Origin: a virus
Length of the DNA: 64,000 nt
Strand: one strand, 5' to 3'
IMG/VR virus record: IMGVR_UViG_3300021602_000003
Location: 102,257-166,256 of that record
The position numbers and the translations under genes were made by a program. The notes beneath the pieces are model-generated. The model did not search any database, had not been told where the DNA came from, and saw only the letters and a program-made list of their open reading frames with translations. Positions 16,862-26,961 of this stretch are shown here, piece after piece; positions within the stretch are counted from its first letter, which is position 1; every line of letters begins with the position of its first letter.

Positions 16862-17326
16862 ATGACAAAGAAAATTACAAATACAGTAGATTTGAATCTA
16901 TATACCAACTTCGTGGAAGCAATAACTAGTAAGGAGAGTGAAGATCTAACAACTTTTATGAATAGTTTGGATAGACTGGATGCTAACTTCGAAGTGTTTG
17001 AAGGTGGCGCCACTGCTAAACACGGGCCCGATGTAAATGTTTCGTTATTGATTACTGGAGCTATGGGTATGTGCGGTGAATCGGGGGAATTTAGCGAGAT
17101 TGTAAAAAAACTTATATTTCATTCCAAACCGCTAACACCTGAAGTTCACCAACATTTACAGAAAGAATTGGGTGATATTATTTTTTATTGGACGAATACT
17201 TGCCGCAGTCTGGGTGTAGACCCAAATACTATTATCCAGATGAATGTTGATAAATTGTCTTCGAGATACCCCGGCGGAGTATTTTCGGTAGAAAGATCGG
17301 AAAACCGCGAAGCGGGAGATATCTAA
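16862..17326 (+). CDS. MazG-like NTP pyrophosphohydrolase
   Basis: GMCGESGEF.EIVKK, KELGDI.FY, N..KL..RYP. Confidence 0.85.
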   Translation: MTKKITNTVDLNLYTNFVEAITSKESEDLTTFMNSLDRLDANFEVFEGGATAKHGPDVNVSLLITGAMGMCGESGEFSEIVKKLIFHSKPLTPEVHQHLQKELGDIIFYWTNTCRSLGVDPNTIIQMNVDKLSSRYPGGVFSVERSENREAGDI

Positions 17327-17379
17327 CATATAATATCACCTATTTCTTTTATTTATGATAAATAAGTAGGAGGCATATT

Positions 17380-18288
17380 ATGAACAAGACATCTAAATTT
17401 TTAGAAATGATAGCAAGAGTTAGGTTGGACAGGGCAACCGTATATAATTATGACAATGTGAATTATGTAAATAATTCTACTAAAATTAAAATCGGGTGTC
17501 CTGTGCACGGTGAATTCGAACAGCGACCAGCAGATCACAGATCTAATTCCGGTTGTCCCGAGTGTGGAAGACTTAAGGCTATAGAAACTAATTTAATAAA
17601 ATATGGAACAACAAATCCAGCATCATCTAAAATCATTAAAGATAAGATCCGGGCAATATTTATAAAGAAATATGATGGAATAGATAATCCTTCTAAAGTA
17701 GCGTCAGTTAAATTACAGAAAGAAGATACTTGTTTAAAGAACTACGGTGTTAAACACCCGTGGCAGTCATCGGAGATACAGGATCGTAAGAAATTAACAA
17801 ATATCAACAGATATGGGTTTGAAAGCCCGATGAAGAATAAAGATATTTCTGCCAAGGCTGTTGCGACTAAAATTGCCAATGGCGGATTTGACCGATCGAA
17901 TTCGAGTAAAGAAGCAACCGAATATATCAGAAATTATATACGGGAGAAATCTTATATTATAGATCAGTGCGCGTATGCTGATTTCGAAGCCGGTCTATAT
18001 GAATGGGGGATTTATAAGAATGGTAGATGGATATTATACGACCTTGTTGTATTCGAACCAGGATACAGGGGCGATAAGACAAAAATTGTCGAAATACTTG
18101 AATATCACGGCCCATTCCATTATAATACAGAGGAAGTCGAGGTCCGAGGGGAAGATAATGCTTATCCTTGGAAAACAAACAGGACGACAATTAAAGAGAG
18201 TTATGATAGAGATGTCGAAAAAGAAACAATAGGCAGAACAATGACATCAAATTATAATATAGTATGGTCTAAAGAAGGAGATATTTAA
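17380..18288 (+). CDS. putative homing endonuclease (Zn ribbon, KYG repeats, PD-(D/E)xK-like tail)
   Basis: CPVHGEF...GCPECG, T...KYG..NP repeats, YDL...LEYHG; paralog of 54746..55795. Confidence 0.7.
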   Translation: MNKTSKFLEMIARVRLDRATVYNYDNVNYVNNSTKIKIGCPVHGEFEQRPADHRSNSGCPECGRLKAIETNLIKYGTTNPASSKIIKDKIRAIFIKKYDGIDNPSKVASVKLQKEDTCLKNYGVKHPWQSSEIQDRKKLTNINRYGFESPMKNKDISAKAVATKIANGGFDRSNSSKEATEYIRNYIREKSYIIDQCAYADFEAGLYEWGIYKNGRWILYDLVVFEPGYRGDKTKIVEILEYHGPFHYNTEEVEVRGEDNAYPWKTNRTTIKESYDRDVEKETIGRTMTSNYNIVWSKEGDI

Positions 18289-18593
18289 TGAGTTTTAAAA
18301 AACTGTGTAGGAAATTGCTTAACTGGATACACTCCGATGAGGCAAATTTGATAGGATCGGACCCGCGGCCATTAAGAAAACACAACGCAATGCTTTCAAA
18401 CGGTGAATTCGAAGATTCATCTGGTTTGTCGTTTGTTGTATATTCGGCAAAGGGCGGCGGCAAGATAATTCAAACAGTAAGTTATGATCGATTAATGGAT
18501 ACAAGAAAGACAGGCCTGTACATTATTGCTAACGATGATGATTTCGGGGAAGAACTTTCGCAAATTATCACAAGAGAGATGTTGTCAAGATAA
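18288..18593 (+). CDS. hypothetical protein
   Basis: AGGAG RBS; coupled ORF. Confidence 0.7.
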   Translation: MSFKKLCRKLLNWIHSDEANLIGSDPRPLRKHNAMLSNGEFEDSSGLSFVVYSAKGGGKIIQTVSYDRLMDTRKTGLYIIANDDDFGEELSQIITREMLSR

Positions 18594-19054
18594 TGGATGT
18601 ACTAAACCCAAAATGGGCCAGCCGCCTATTAGGAATGGCTAAAGATGTGTCGACTTGGTCCAAAGACGAATCGACCAAAGTAGGTGCAGTTATTACTACA
18701 TTAGATGGTTCTCCAGTTTCTTGGGGGTTTAATGGTATGGCTAAAGGTATAGATGATACTGTAGAGGAACGTAAAGAAAGACCCCTTAAGTATAAATGGA
18801 TGTGCCATGCCGAACGCAATGCTATGGATTTATCTCCACGTGCTGACTTAACTGACTGTGTTATGTTTGTTACATTCTCACCGTGTACTAATTGCGCCCA
18901 GTCTATTATTCAACGTGGCATTAAGACAGTTGTTATTGATGCACAATTCACGGCCGAGAAGTCTCCCGAAAGATGGCAAGAAGATATGCTTGTTGCTTTG
19001 GAAATGATGAAAGAATCCGGAGTAAAAGTTTTTGCATATCCGTCCGAAGGTTGA
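18593..19054 (+). CDS. dCMP deaminase
   Basis: KVGAVI, GFNG, HAERNA, PCTNC. Confidence 0.9.
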   Translation: MDVLNPKWASRLLGMAKDVSTWSKDESTKVGAVITTLDGSPVSWGFNGMAKGIDDTVEERKERPLKYKWMCHAERNAMDLSPRADLTDCVMFVTFSPCTNCAQSIIQRGIKTVVIDAQFTAEKSPERWQEDMLVALEMMKESGVKVFAYPSEG

Positions 19055-19079
19055 CCCATCAGTGTATATATAGTAAAAT
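19051..19079 (+). promoter_or_regulatory. sigma70-type promoter
   Basis: TTGACC-17nt-TAAAAT. Confidence 0.65.
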
Positions 19080-19105
19080 AAACACTTATTTATAGAAAGC
19101 GTAAT

Positions 19106-19372
19106 ATGATCAAGCAAATCACAAAGTTAGAAACAGCTAACCTTAAAGAAAAAAATGCAATTCATTCCTTCCGCGTAACCATCCGTGACCGCGAACATTT
19201 TTATAAAATCGTAAACTGGTTGAATACAAATGTTGGGAAAGGTTCGGATAAGTGGACTATGGAAGGCCGTGTATTGAAAACCATCTCTACAGGCAAGACT
19301 GTTAGTCCGAAAATTTATATTTTCCAAGAAGATTTTGACACAGGATCGGCACTGTATCTTAGTTTAATCTGA
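19106..19372 (+). CDS. hypothetical protein
   Basis: ORF after promoter. Confidence 0.65.
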   Translation: MIKQITKLETANLKEKNAIHSFRVTIRDREHFYKIVNWLNTNVGKGSDKWTMEGRVLKTISTGKTVSPKIYIFQEDFDTGSALYLSLI

Positions 19373-19668
19373 TGGCATTATATACACCGGGTTTCGTCGT
19401 ATCCGACGGCATCATTATAGGTATACCTTTTATCGAAAGTATTGATCTTCGCATTGAAGAAGGCGAAGAAATAATTGATAAATTAAAAGGTGATGTCAAG
19501 TTTAATATAAGAACAACATCTGGAAAAGAATATACGTTGTCGATGTCACAACATTTGGTCACATTGAAAGATTATTCTATTCCTGCCAATGAAAAAGTAT
19601 TGGGTCAGTCTATTTTAGAAAAATGGTGTCATGTTATGGAGAATAAATGTGGTAACCTTACCCGCTGA
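19372..19668 (+). CDS. hypothetical protein
   Basis: Coupled ORF. Confidence 0.6.
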   Translation: MALYTPGFVVSDGIIIGIPFIESIDLRIEEGEEIIDKLKGDVKFNIRTTSGKEYTLSMSQHLVTLKDYSIPANEKVLGQSILEKWCHVMENKCGNLTR

Positions 19669-19897
19669 TTTTGTTGCAACCAAATATACGGGATATTTCT
19701 GGAATTTAAAAGAACAGAAGCTCTACTCTATTAAGGTAGATGGCATTCTTAAGCCAATAAAGAAATATCCGCCCAATCAATGGAATCATTTTGTGGATGC
19801 ATACAGGGTGTCTGTTAAAGGACATCGGCGTGCATTAATGATAGATTATCTAAAGAAACTCGTACCATCGAATTCAGTTATACCATTGGAGAAGTAA
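19631..19897 (+). CDS. hypothetical protein
   Basis: ORF in operon; start may be a downstream GTG. Confidence 0.6.
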   Translation: MLWRINVVTLPADFVATKYTGYFWNLKEQKLYSIKVDGILKPIKKYPPNQWNHFVDAYRVSVKGHRRALMIDYLKKLVPSNSVIPLEK

Positions 19898-20140
19898 ATG
19901 AAGCAAGAAGGCAAATGCATTGTCGGTGACCCAATATCTGTTGATAGCTACACAGCAGATTGGATATCAGTAAAATTACATCCTACCATGTTTTACCGCC
20001 GGCTAAATGAAATCCAAAAAGGATTCAAATCGGTAAAGGGGCTTTATGCCGAACTCGACATGGGACAATATGTTGTCCTACGTTTTTCTGAAAAGGATGA
20101 TGTTACAGCATTCTATAAGCGACATCATATGTATGTATAA
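19898..20140 (+). CDS. hypothetical protein
   Basis: GGAG RBS; coupled. Confidence 0.65.
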   Translation: MKQEGKCIVGDPISVDSYTADWISVKLHPTMFYRRLNEIQKGFKSVKGLYAELDMGQYVVLRFSEKDDVTAFYKRHHMYV

Positions 20141-20748
20141 TGGACAAATCTCTATACACAGACGAATTTAGGACATTTAAATTCTTACAGTTTTCGCCTA
20201 GTGCTGTAGACTATTATAAGAAAACGACAAAAATATTAAATAGTATGCGACCGGAAGATCAGGAAGATAATCCCGATTTTGTATGGAAGTGTCGTGTCGA
20301 GTTTGTAGAGCAATTAATGGATTTTAGAGATAGCTCGCTGCATATAGTCGAGCAACCGAGTCCAAGTAGTAGTCAGGTAACATTTAAGAACGAACTTATA
20401 CTACAATACGAGGATGCACGCATATACACGTTAGATAATCCCGTAATCTTCTATGGCCATCCTTTGATGCCTGCCACAAGAAGATTAGCAGAAGGCAGTG
20501 ATATATCCGAGATAGAGGATGAAGACAGAATACCTAAATATTATTTATGTTCCGAAGAATATATGATTTCTGTCAATTTATTAGATAGTAGGATCTTCCC
20601 AATTTATCACCCTGGGTTGATAAGATCGGCAACAATAGAAAATTCTTTATTTACTGCTATATTTTATGATAAGGAATGGGCTTCTAAGTTTCAGAGAGCC
20701 ATAACGAAATATTTTAAAAAGGATTCTTCTACAAAATCAGCATTATAG
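20140..20748 (+). CDS. hypothetical protein
   Basis: Coupled 202-aa ORF. Confidence 0.65.
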   Translation: MDKSLYTDEFRTFKFLQFSPSAVDYYKKTTKILNSMRPEDQEDNPDFVWKCRVEFVEQLMDFRDSSLHIVEQPSPSSSQVTFKNELILQYEDARIYTLDNPVIFYGHPLMPATRRLAEGSDISEIEDEDRIPKYYLCSEEYMISVNLLDSRIFPIYHPGLIRSATIENSLFTAIFYDKEWASKFQRAITKYFKKDSSTKSAL

Positions 20749-20791
20749 GGGTTGCAGTAATCTTAACATAAATACATCAATAAGGAGTATC

Positions 20792-21040
20792 ATGCACCCT
20801 TTTCTAGATGCAAGTAAATTAACGGACGAAGAAATAATTGAACGATTAGGTCGAGCATATACATATATGAACGCTCAAGTAATGTTAGGACATAATCCTA
20901 CTGTTCATAGTATCAAAGAAGTAATACAGACATTAGAGGATGCTCGTTTAGAGAGGCAACAAAAGAGTTCAGAAGATGAATTTAATAAGAAGTATCCTGA
21001 TAAAAATAAGCCACTCGAATTAGGAAAATTAGATGATTAA
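20792..21040 (+). CDS. hypothetical protein
   Basis: ATAAATA and AAGGAG upstream. Confidence 0.7.
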   Translation: MHPFLDASKLTDEEIIERLGRAYTYMNAQVMLGHNPTVHSIKEVIQTLEDARLERQQKSSEDEFNKKYPDKNKPLELGKLDD

Positions 21041-21746
21041 AAAAGGACGCCATCTTATCAAAAGTCATATGACGTTGGAATATGACTTTACAGGTATTAG
21101 GATACGAGATAGTGATCTAATACCTGTAGACTGGAAATTAACTATTGATCTTGTTGCTACCGGAAAAAAAGGTAAGGCAAAAGAACTCGTAGAATATGAC
21201 GCAAGCATAACGTATCAAAAGATTTATTTTTGGTTAGATACGAATTTACCAAATATTGTAGTAGTGAATGTAAATAATGAAGACGATCTGTATATTGCTA
21301 ATTTATCGAGCAATATAATGATGTATTGCCCAGATATACCTAACGACGATATGCTTATACAGTTGTTACATTCTAAGATATCGGCATTAGCATTTCCTAA
21401 TTTAATGGTGGGAGAGATACATTTAAAAGCAAGTGATACAGCACTCCAATATACATACGATTGCACAGACGGTAATTATATACTTCCTATGACAACATCT
21501 GAATACTATGCAGAAGGCACTACACGCGATAAGATGCCATGGTGGATAAGAGATGACGGGTTTTGTTTTGAATTCGTAAGACCGTTAGATAATAAATTAA
21601 CAGACGAAGAACTATTCAAGGATATAGTTGATCCAATGAGCGAGTTTCATCGTATTGTGACAGAAGTAGCAGAAATACCTATGAGCATACTAAATGAGCC
21701 TGCTAGAATTGTACAGATAGAAAAATGGAAACCAAAGAAAGTTTAA
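21033..21746 (+). CDS. hypothetical protein, possibly degenerate QueD-like T-fold
   Basis: Strand/helix pattern resembles QueD but the Zn-binding His residues are absent. Confidence 0.5.
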   Translation: MIKKGRHLIKSHMTLEYDFTGIRIRDSDLIPVDWKLTIDLVATGKKGKAKELVEYDASITYQKIYFWLDTNLPNIVVVNVNNEDDLYIANLSSNIMMYCPDIPNDDMLIQLLHSKISALAFPNLMVGEIHLKASDTALQYTYDCTDGNYILPMTTSEYYAEGTTRDKMPWWIRDDGFCFEFVRPLDNKLTDEELFKDIVDPMSEFHRIVTEVAEIPMSILNEPARIVQIEKWKPKKV

Positions 21747-22258
21747 GAACTAATCTATACGGACAAGCCATACTCTCTGATACTGACCTCAGAGAGTTGC
21801 TACTCCAGGGAAAGAATATAAGTCATTTAAATGTTATATTCAATGAAGAGATAGATTTATTCAAACAGTATCAATCAATGTTACTGCCCGAAACTATTAC
21901 ATTTTTAGATGCCCCTGAGGAGAAGTTAACATTTGATGAGTTCCATCACAAATGTGCAGACGAATGGATATTTCCAATTATCTATCAGCAAATAGATGTA
22001 CGTGCGTGGTTATATGATAAATGTACGACACAAGAAGAAATAAATAGAGTAGACGAAGAGTATCTACTTTACGAGGAACGAGAATTGATTATGCTATTAA
22101 GACTATTCATCTTTCTCATTGATTATATGAGAAAGAATAAATTTGTTTGGGGTGTTGGCAGAGGTAGTTCTACTAGTTCTTATATATTATATTTGATAGG
22201 TACACATCGTATTAATTCGATAAAATATAATTTAGATATAAGAGATTTTTTAAAATAG
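21725..22258 (+). CDS. short DNA polymerase III alpha (DnaE)-like fragment
   Basis: R..EE........L.......L...MR......GVGRGSS..S..LYLIG.H.I..IKYNL...F matches the DnaE GPGRGS region. Confidence 0.75.
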   Translation: METKESLRTNLYGQAILSDTDLRELLLQGKNISHLNVIFNEEIDLFKQYQSMLLPETITFLDAPEEKLTFDEFHHKCADEWIFPIIYQQIDVRAWLYDKCTTQEEINRVDEEYLLYEERELIMLLRLFIFLIDYMRKNKFVWGVGRGSSTSSYILYLIGTHRINSIKYNLDIRDFLK

Positions 22259-22276
22259 TTTTTATAAGGAAAAGAT

Positions 22277-22621
22277 ATGGCTCGACATGTATCATACAGA
22301 GGTGCGACAATAGATATGGAATCTCTAAGTCGCGAAAATGAGAAGATTCCTGCAATTGGTAATATGAAGGTCAATGCAAGAGGCGACCAAATTAACCGTG
22401 GTGTAATAACAAAAACAGCAGATCAAATAGCCAGAGATAATCACCGGGTTCAAACTGTTATTACAAATACGGGGTTAAAAGGTAAGCAGCCTATTGTACC
22501 CGATATCCAAATGGAAGCACCTAAGGCGCCTAAAGCAGTTAAAGCACCCAAAGTAGTGCCTAAAGAAACCGAGTTACCTTCTGGTGATATTATTGTTGAA
22601 GGGGATAACGATGGAAAATAA
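22277..22621 (+). CDS. hypothetical protein
   Basis: AAGGA RBS; AIGNMKVNARGD motif. Confidence 0.7.
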   Translation: MARHVSYRGATIDMESLSRENEKIPAIGNMKVNARGDQINRGVITKTADQIARDNHRVQTVITNTGLKGKQPIVPDIQMEAPKAPKAVKAPKVVPKETELPSGDIIVEGDNDGK

Positions 22622-22805
22622 TATCACAAAAGTGTGGGAAAAAGACGGAAAACTATATGGCAGGACCGCACCAGGTAGGCCCTTTCAAATTTATAATCTT
22701 CAGTGTACACTTGAATCTATTTTAGAGTATGATTTCAGCAATGTGGTAGAAGGTCGTGAATTAGTTAAACAATATATCAAGTCAGAGGATACAAATGCGA
22801 ATTAA
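22611..22805 (+). CDS. hypothetical protein
   Basis: GGGG RBS before ATG 22611. Confidence 0.55.
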   Translation: MENNITKVWEKDGKLYGRTAPGRPFQIYNLQCTLESILEYDFSNVVEGRELVKQYIKSEDTNAN

Positions 22806-23139
22806 AGCATTAAAAGGTAAAGTACTGGTAACAGATTTAGAACGCGGTTCTAGACTTATAAATGGAATTATTATTCCTGATGATAATGGTAAGAGCGAAG
22901 GCATTCGCCCTCGCTGGGGCCGAGTATATTCGATTGGTGAAGGTATCGATGAAATTTCTGTTGGACAATGGATATTGGTCGAGAATGGTCGCTGGACTCG
23001 CATGTTAAAGATAAGAGAAGACGATGGCACTTATATACAGGTATGGGGTGTAGAATGGCCTAAATCTGTTATGCTTGTATCGGACGAAGATCCTGATATG
23101 AATATATTTTCTGAATTTACTACATCACACGCATTTTAG
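22795..23139 (+). CDS. groES: GroES-like co-chaperonin
   Basis: IKALKGKVLV...GIIIPD...G.V.SIGEG...ISVG. Confidence 0.75.
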   Translation: MRIKALKGKVLVTDLERGSRLINGIIIPDDNGKSEGIRPRWGRVYSIGEGIDEISVGQWILVENGRWTRMLKIREDDGTYIQVWGVEWPKSVMLVSDEDPDMNIFSEFTTSHAF

Positions 23140-23159
23140 GCCTGCATTAGCCGAAAGTC

Positions 23160-23188
23160 TTGCATAGCATGTCTTGCTATGCTATTAT
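23160..23188 (+). promoter_or_regulatory. sigma70-type promoter overlapping an inverted repeat
   Basis: TTGCAT-17nt-TATTAT with TG extension; GCATAGCA-n5-TGCTATGC. Confidence 0.5.
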
Positions 23189-23209
23189 TTGTCAATTAAG
23201 AAAGAACAT

Positions 23210-24148
23210 ATGAAGAATCTGTGGACAGAAGTATATAGACCCAAGACGATAGGAGACTATGTCTTCAAAGATCAAAAACAAAAGAAGCAAATAGAGAAGT
23301 GGATAGAGAGTGGTGCACTTCCACATATCTTGTTGTCAGGGTCTCCGGGTACGGGTAAATCAACCTTAGTGAAAGTTCTGTTAAATGAACTAGGCGTAGA
23401 TCCTTTTGATGTATTAGAAGTAAACGCATCTAGGGATAACGGTGTAGATTTTATTAGAGATACTATTACTCGATTTTCTGAAACAATGGGTGTGGGAGAT
23501 ATAAAGTATATATTTCTAGATGAAGCAGACGGTCTTTCGGCACCAGCACAGGGTATTTTGAGAGGCACATTAGAAAAGTATGCAGGGTCTGTAAGATTCT
23601 TACTTACATGTAATCATCCACACAAGATTATAGATGCGATTAAATCCAGATGTGAAATTGGTCGTATGCATATAGAGAAATTAGATACAAGCGAATTTTA
23701 TATGCGATTGGTTAATGTGCTGGATAAAGAAAACGTCGAAATTGACCCAGATGCATTAGAAGCTATAGTACAGAAGACATATCCCGACCTACGCCGCGGG
23801 ATTAGCATGATTCAGGCTAATTCCTTCAATGGAAAGCTAAATTCTCCCGACGCAGACTCTGAGGTTGTATCCGATTACAAGACTGATATGGTAGTGTTAT
23901 TCAAGGCAGGTAGATATACAGATGCTCGTAAGCTGATATGCGAAAAAATCAGTAAAGACGAATATGATGATGTATATACATTCATGTATAAGAATTTAGA
24001 AATTTGGAGTGAAAATGATATAGAACAGAGTAGACTGATTATTGCAATTAGAAATGGATTAATCAATCATACTATGTGTTCTGATATTGAATTAAATCTT
24101 AGTGCAACTTTATGTGAACTTGAAATGATTTCGAAAGGTATTTTATGA
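23210..24148 (+). CDS. clamp loader ATPase (T4 gp44/RFC-like)
   Basis: LWTEVYRPKT, GSPGTGKST, NAS, LDEADGL, SRC. Confidence 0.92.
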   Translation: MKNLWTEVYRPKTIGDYVFKDQKQKKQIEKWIESGALPHILLSGSPGTGKSTLVKVLLNELGVDPFDVLEVNASRDNGVDFIRDTITRFSETMGVGDIKYIFLDEADGLSAPAQGILRGTLEKYAGSVRFLLTCNHPHKIIDAIKSRCEIGRMHIEKLDTSEFYMRLVNVLDKENVEIDPDALEAIVQKTYPDLRRGISMIQANSFNGKLNSPDADSEVVSDYKTDMVVLFKAGRYTDARKLICEKISKDEYDDVYTFMYKNLEIWSENDIEQSRLIIAIRNGLINHTMCSDIELNLSATLCELEMISKGIL

Positions 24149-24498
24149 GTAAAGAAAAAGTTTTTATTGTGTTGTCGCACAAGCACAGCCTGAAAAAGGG
24201 GTCCAAAACAGAATGGGAAGTCGCTGAATCAGCTGAATTTGTAAATCAACTAAGAAACAGACACATTACTATGTCTAGTGCAATCGGCGATTATCTTAAT
24301 AGGAAGATGATAAGCGGAGAAAGTAAAGGCATGGGCGAATACGCAAGGTTTGAAGAATACGTGTGGAAAAAATATCCAGAGCAAATGAAGTCGCTCGAAG
24401 AGGCATACTTTGATTTGCGTATATCTGCACCAGCGGAAATCCCGTTAGTTACAGATACTTTCGGAAATATACGGCCACGCACAGTGTTTGATGTATGA
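24145..24498 (+). CDS. hypothetical protein
   Basis: Coupled to the clamp loader. Confidence 0.65.
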   Translation: MSKEKVFIVLSHKHSLKKGSKTEWEVAESAEFVNQLRNRHITMSSAIGDYLNRKMISGESKGMGEYARFEEYVWKKYPEQMKSLEEAYFDLRISAPAEIPLVTDTFGNIRPRTVFDV

Positions 24499-25221
24499 TT
24501 AGTTTAGTCTCCAACCGTGATAGCTCTTTTCCGAATATGCGGGATCTATAATTTTTAATAACTCCGAAACTTTTAATTTTTGATCGGGAAAAGTATCTCT
24601 TAACTGTGATCTAGTTCCTTCGAAATACCCGAATATAGTATGAATCCAAGAAAATATATCGATATCAGATTTTCTAAACTTATTTAGTCCGGCAATTGAG
24701 AGATTCTCTTTATGTATTTTAGATTTGGGTGCTGTACTAAATGAACCGGGTCTATCGATTCTTCTCTGTTTTTGAGATTTAGACATTTTGGATTTAGATT
24801 CTTCAGTCCACACCCTTTCTGAATTAGATTTTATTATAGCAGCACTTTGTTTGATTGTTGGTTTTCGTCCAAGCTTATTTGGATTATTATCTTTCATCCT
24901 GAGTGATACAGTAAGAGAATGATTTAACCTAATATATTCATAAATTCTAGAGGATTTTATTTTTATTTTATCAGTATTTGTACATCGATGTAATGCATAA
25001 AACATTTTCTGCCTTGCATCGTTAGTTGTAAATTTTGTAAGTAATAAATGGCAGATATAGTGTTCTCTAATTGTCAAATCTGCTAAATTGTTTCTATCAT
25101 TATTGCCGCCGAGACATTTAGGGAGTATATGGTGAGTCTCGTGTGGTATGGGCGAAAGCCTTGACTTCGCTCTATCTATTATACTATAATAGATTTTGCT
25201 ATATTTGTTTTCTATAAACAT
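24499..25221 (-). CDS. HNH homing endonuclease with NUMOD3-like repeats
   Basis: ETHHILPKCLGG.....NL..LT.REHYICH.LL; TEESKSKMS; TGATAAATA and AAGGA before ATG 25221. Confidence 0.85.
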   Translation of the reverse strand: MFIENKYSKIYYSIIDRAKSRLSPIPHETHHILPKCLGGNNDRNNLADLTIREHYICHLLLTKFTTNDARQKMFYALHRCTNTDKIKIKSSRIYEYIRLNHSLTVSLRMKDNNPNKLGRKPTIKQSAAIIKSNSERVWTEESKSKMSKSQKQRRIDRPGSFSTAPKSKIHKENLSIAGLNKFRKSDIDIFSWIHTIFGYFEGTRSQLRDTFPDQKLKVSELLKIIDPAYSEKSYHGWRLN

Positions 25222-25264
25222 TGTTATCCTTTTAATAATGTATTTATCATGGAGTGCTAGTAAA

Positions 25265-25870
25265 ATGGGGAAAGAAAGAATTATATTAACTGATGCAGAT
25301 GGCGTCCTCGTTAATTGGAACGACGGTTTTAATAAGTTCATGGATGGTAAGGGTATGCCACAATTACCCAATACTGATGATCAATATCTGTTATCGAAAA
25401 GGCACAATATTACTTCTACATATGCTACAGAACTCGTCAGGGAATTTAATGAGGGCCCGAGTATTGCTGATTTGGAACCATTTGCTGATTCCGTAGAATA
25501 TGTAGCCCGACTCTCAGATAAAGGTTTTAGATTTATTGTTGTCACAAGTCTTAGTGATGCGCCACATGCCCATTATTATAGATCAAAGAATCTGCACGGT
25601 ATTTTCGGTGGTCATGTATTTAAAGAAATCAATTGTATTGAAATGGGTGCAAGCAAAGCGCATATTTTAAAAAATTGGCAAGATACGGGATATTTCTGGA
25701 TTGAAGATCACATGCGACAGGCAGAGGCTGGATATGAAGCCGGTCTACAAACAGTATTAATTAGGCACCCATATAACGCACATTACACAACTGATTTATT
25801 TCCAACAGTAAGTTACGAAAGACCGTGGGAAGAGATATATAACATGATATGTAAGGAGTATAAAATATAA
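25265..25870 (+). CDS. HAD-family 5'(3')-deoxynucleotidase-like (T4 30.2-like)
   Basis: ILTDADGVL, VVTS, WIED. Confidence 0.8.
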   Translation: MGKERIILTDADGVLVNWNDGFNKFMDGKGMPQLPNTDDQYLLSKRHNITSTYATELVREFNEGPSIADLEPFADSVEYVARLSDKGFRFIVVTSLSDAPHAHYYRSKNLHGIFGGHVFKEINCIEMGASKAHILKNWQDTGYFWIEDHMRQAEAGYEAGLQTVLIRHPYNAHYTTDLFPTVSYERPWEEIYNMICKEYKI

Positions 25871-26721
25871 TGTCAAAAATTTTAATTATGGGACTGCCAG
25901 GTTCGGGTAAAACATTCCTGGCAACAGCACTTAAAAAGTATCTGGAAGAGAATGGCACAGCAAACAACATGTCGTTGTCTAATGCAATGGTGACCGATTT
26001 TCAATTAGGTGATTATAGAGTATCGGTAGATTGGTTCAACGCCGACGAGATACGCAAACGTTTCAACGACTGGGATTTCAGTCACGATGGCCGAATTCGT
26101 CAATCTTTGCGTATGGCCGAATTTGCATTTAAATCATCAGGTGATTTTGTTATTGCTGACTTCGTTGCACCACTTCCCGAGATGCGTCACAACTTTAAAG
26201 CAGATTGGACAATATGGGTCGACACTATTGATCAAGGTCGATTTGCAGATACAAACAAGGCGTTTATTCCACCAGAACAGTATGATTTCCGTGTGACAGA
26301 ACAAAACGCAGATAAGTGGGCAGAATTTATCGGCAATCATATCTTAGAAAATCGTCGTCGCCCAGTATTTAATTGGCAGAAAGAAACAGTGCAGATGTTA
26401 GGCCGCTGGCAACCGTTTCATGCAGGGCATAAGGCATTATTTGAGAGGCTAATACAAAAAACAGGGCAGGTAGTAATTCAAATTAGAGATTGTCAGGGGT
26501 GGCAAGATTCTAATCCTTTTGAGTTAAAACAGGTTGAAAACTTTATTCGGAGAGAATTAGACCCTCTCTATCAAGGTCAATATGAAATTCAGGCAGTGCC
26601 TAACATTGTTCATATAGGGTATGGTCGGGGTGTGGGTTATACTATTGCACAAGAAACATTTGACGATGTAACACATGAAATCTCTGCTACAAAGATTCGT
26701 AAAGAGTTGGGCCTTAAATAA
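25870..26721 (+). CDS. fusion of APS-kinase-like P-loop kinase and HIGH nucleotidyltransferase
   Basis: GLPGSGKT, ADEIR...D.DFS..GR; then GRWQPFHAGH...ISATKIR. Confidence 0.8.
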   Translation: MSKILIMGLPGSGKTFLATALKKYLEENGTANNMSLSNAMVTDFQLGDYRVSVDWFNADEIRKRFNDWDFSHDGRIRQSLRMAEFAFKSSGDFVIADFVAPLPEMRHNFKADWTIWVDTIDQGRFADTNKAFIPPEQYDFRVTEQNADKWAEFIGNHILENRRRPVFNWQKETVQMLGRWQPFHAGHKALFERLIQKTGQVVIQIRDCQGWQDSNPFELKQVENFIRRELDPLYQGQYEIQAVPNIVHIGYGRGVGYTIAQETFDDVTHEISATKIRKELGLK

Positions 26722-26929
26722 AGGTGAGTCAGGTCTCCGTAGTCTGGTAAAGGCATATAGCTACCGGATGTGCGGTACCTTAACGACTATAACAATTTCG
26801 TATATGATAACAGGTGTAATTACTGTATCATTGGCAATCGGAGCAACCGAAATTATTATCAAGCCATTTATATATTGGTGTCACGAACGGGTATGGAATA
26901 AGATTAAGTGGGGAAAACAATCCCAATAA
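26675..26929 (+). CDS. DUF2061-like small membrane protein
   Basis: RSLVKA.SYR..GT..T...HERVWNKIKWG. Confidence 0.75.
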   Translation: MKSLLQRFVKSWALNKGESGLRSLVKAYSYRMCGTLTTITISYMITGVITVSLAIGATEIIIKPFIYWCHERVWNKIKWGKQSQ

Positions 26930-26961
26930 TGGATAAATAGTATGTTATCGGAGAACATACT

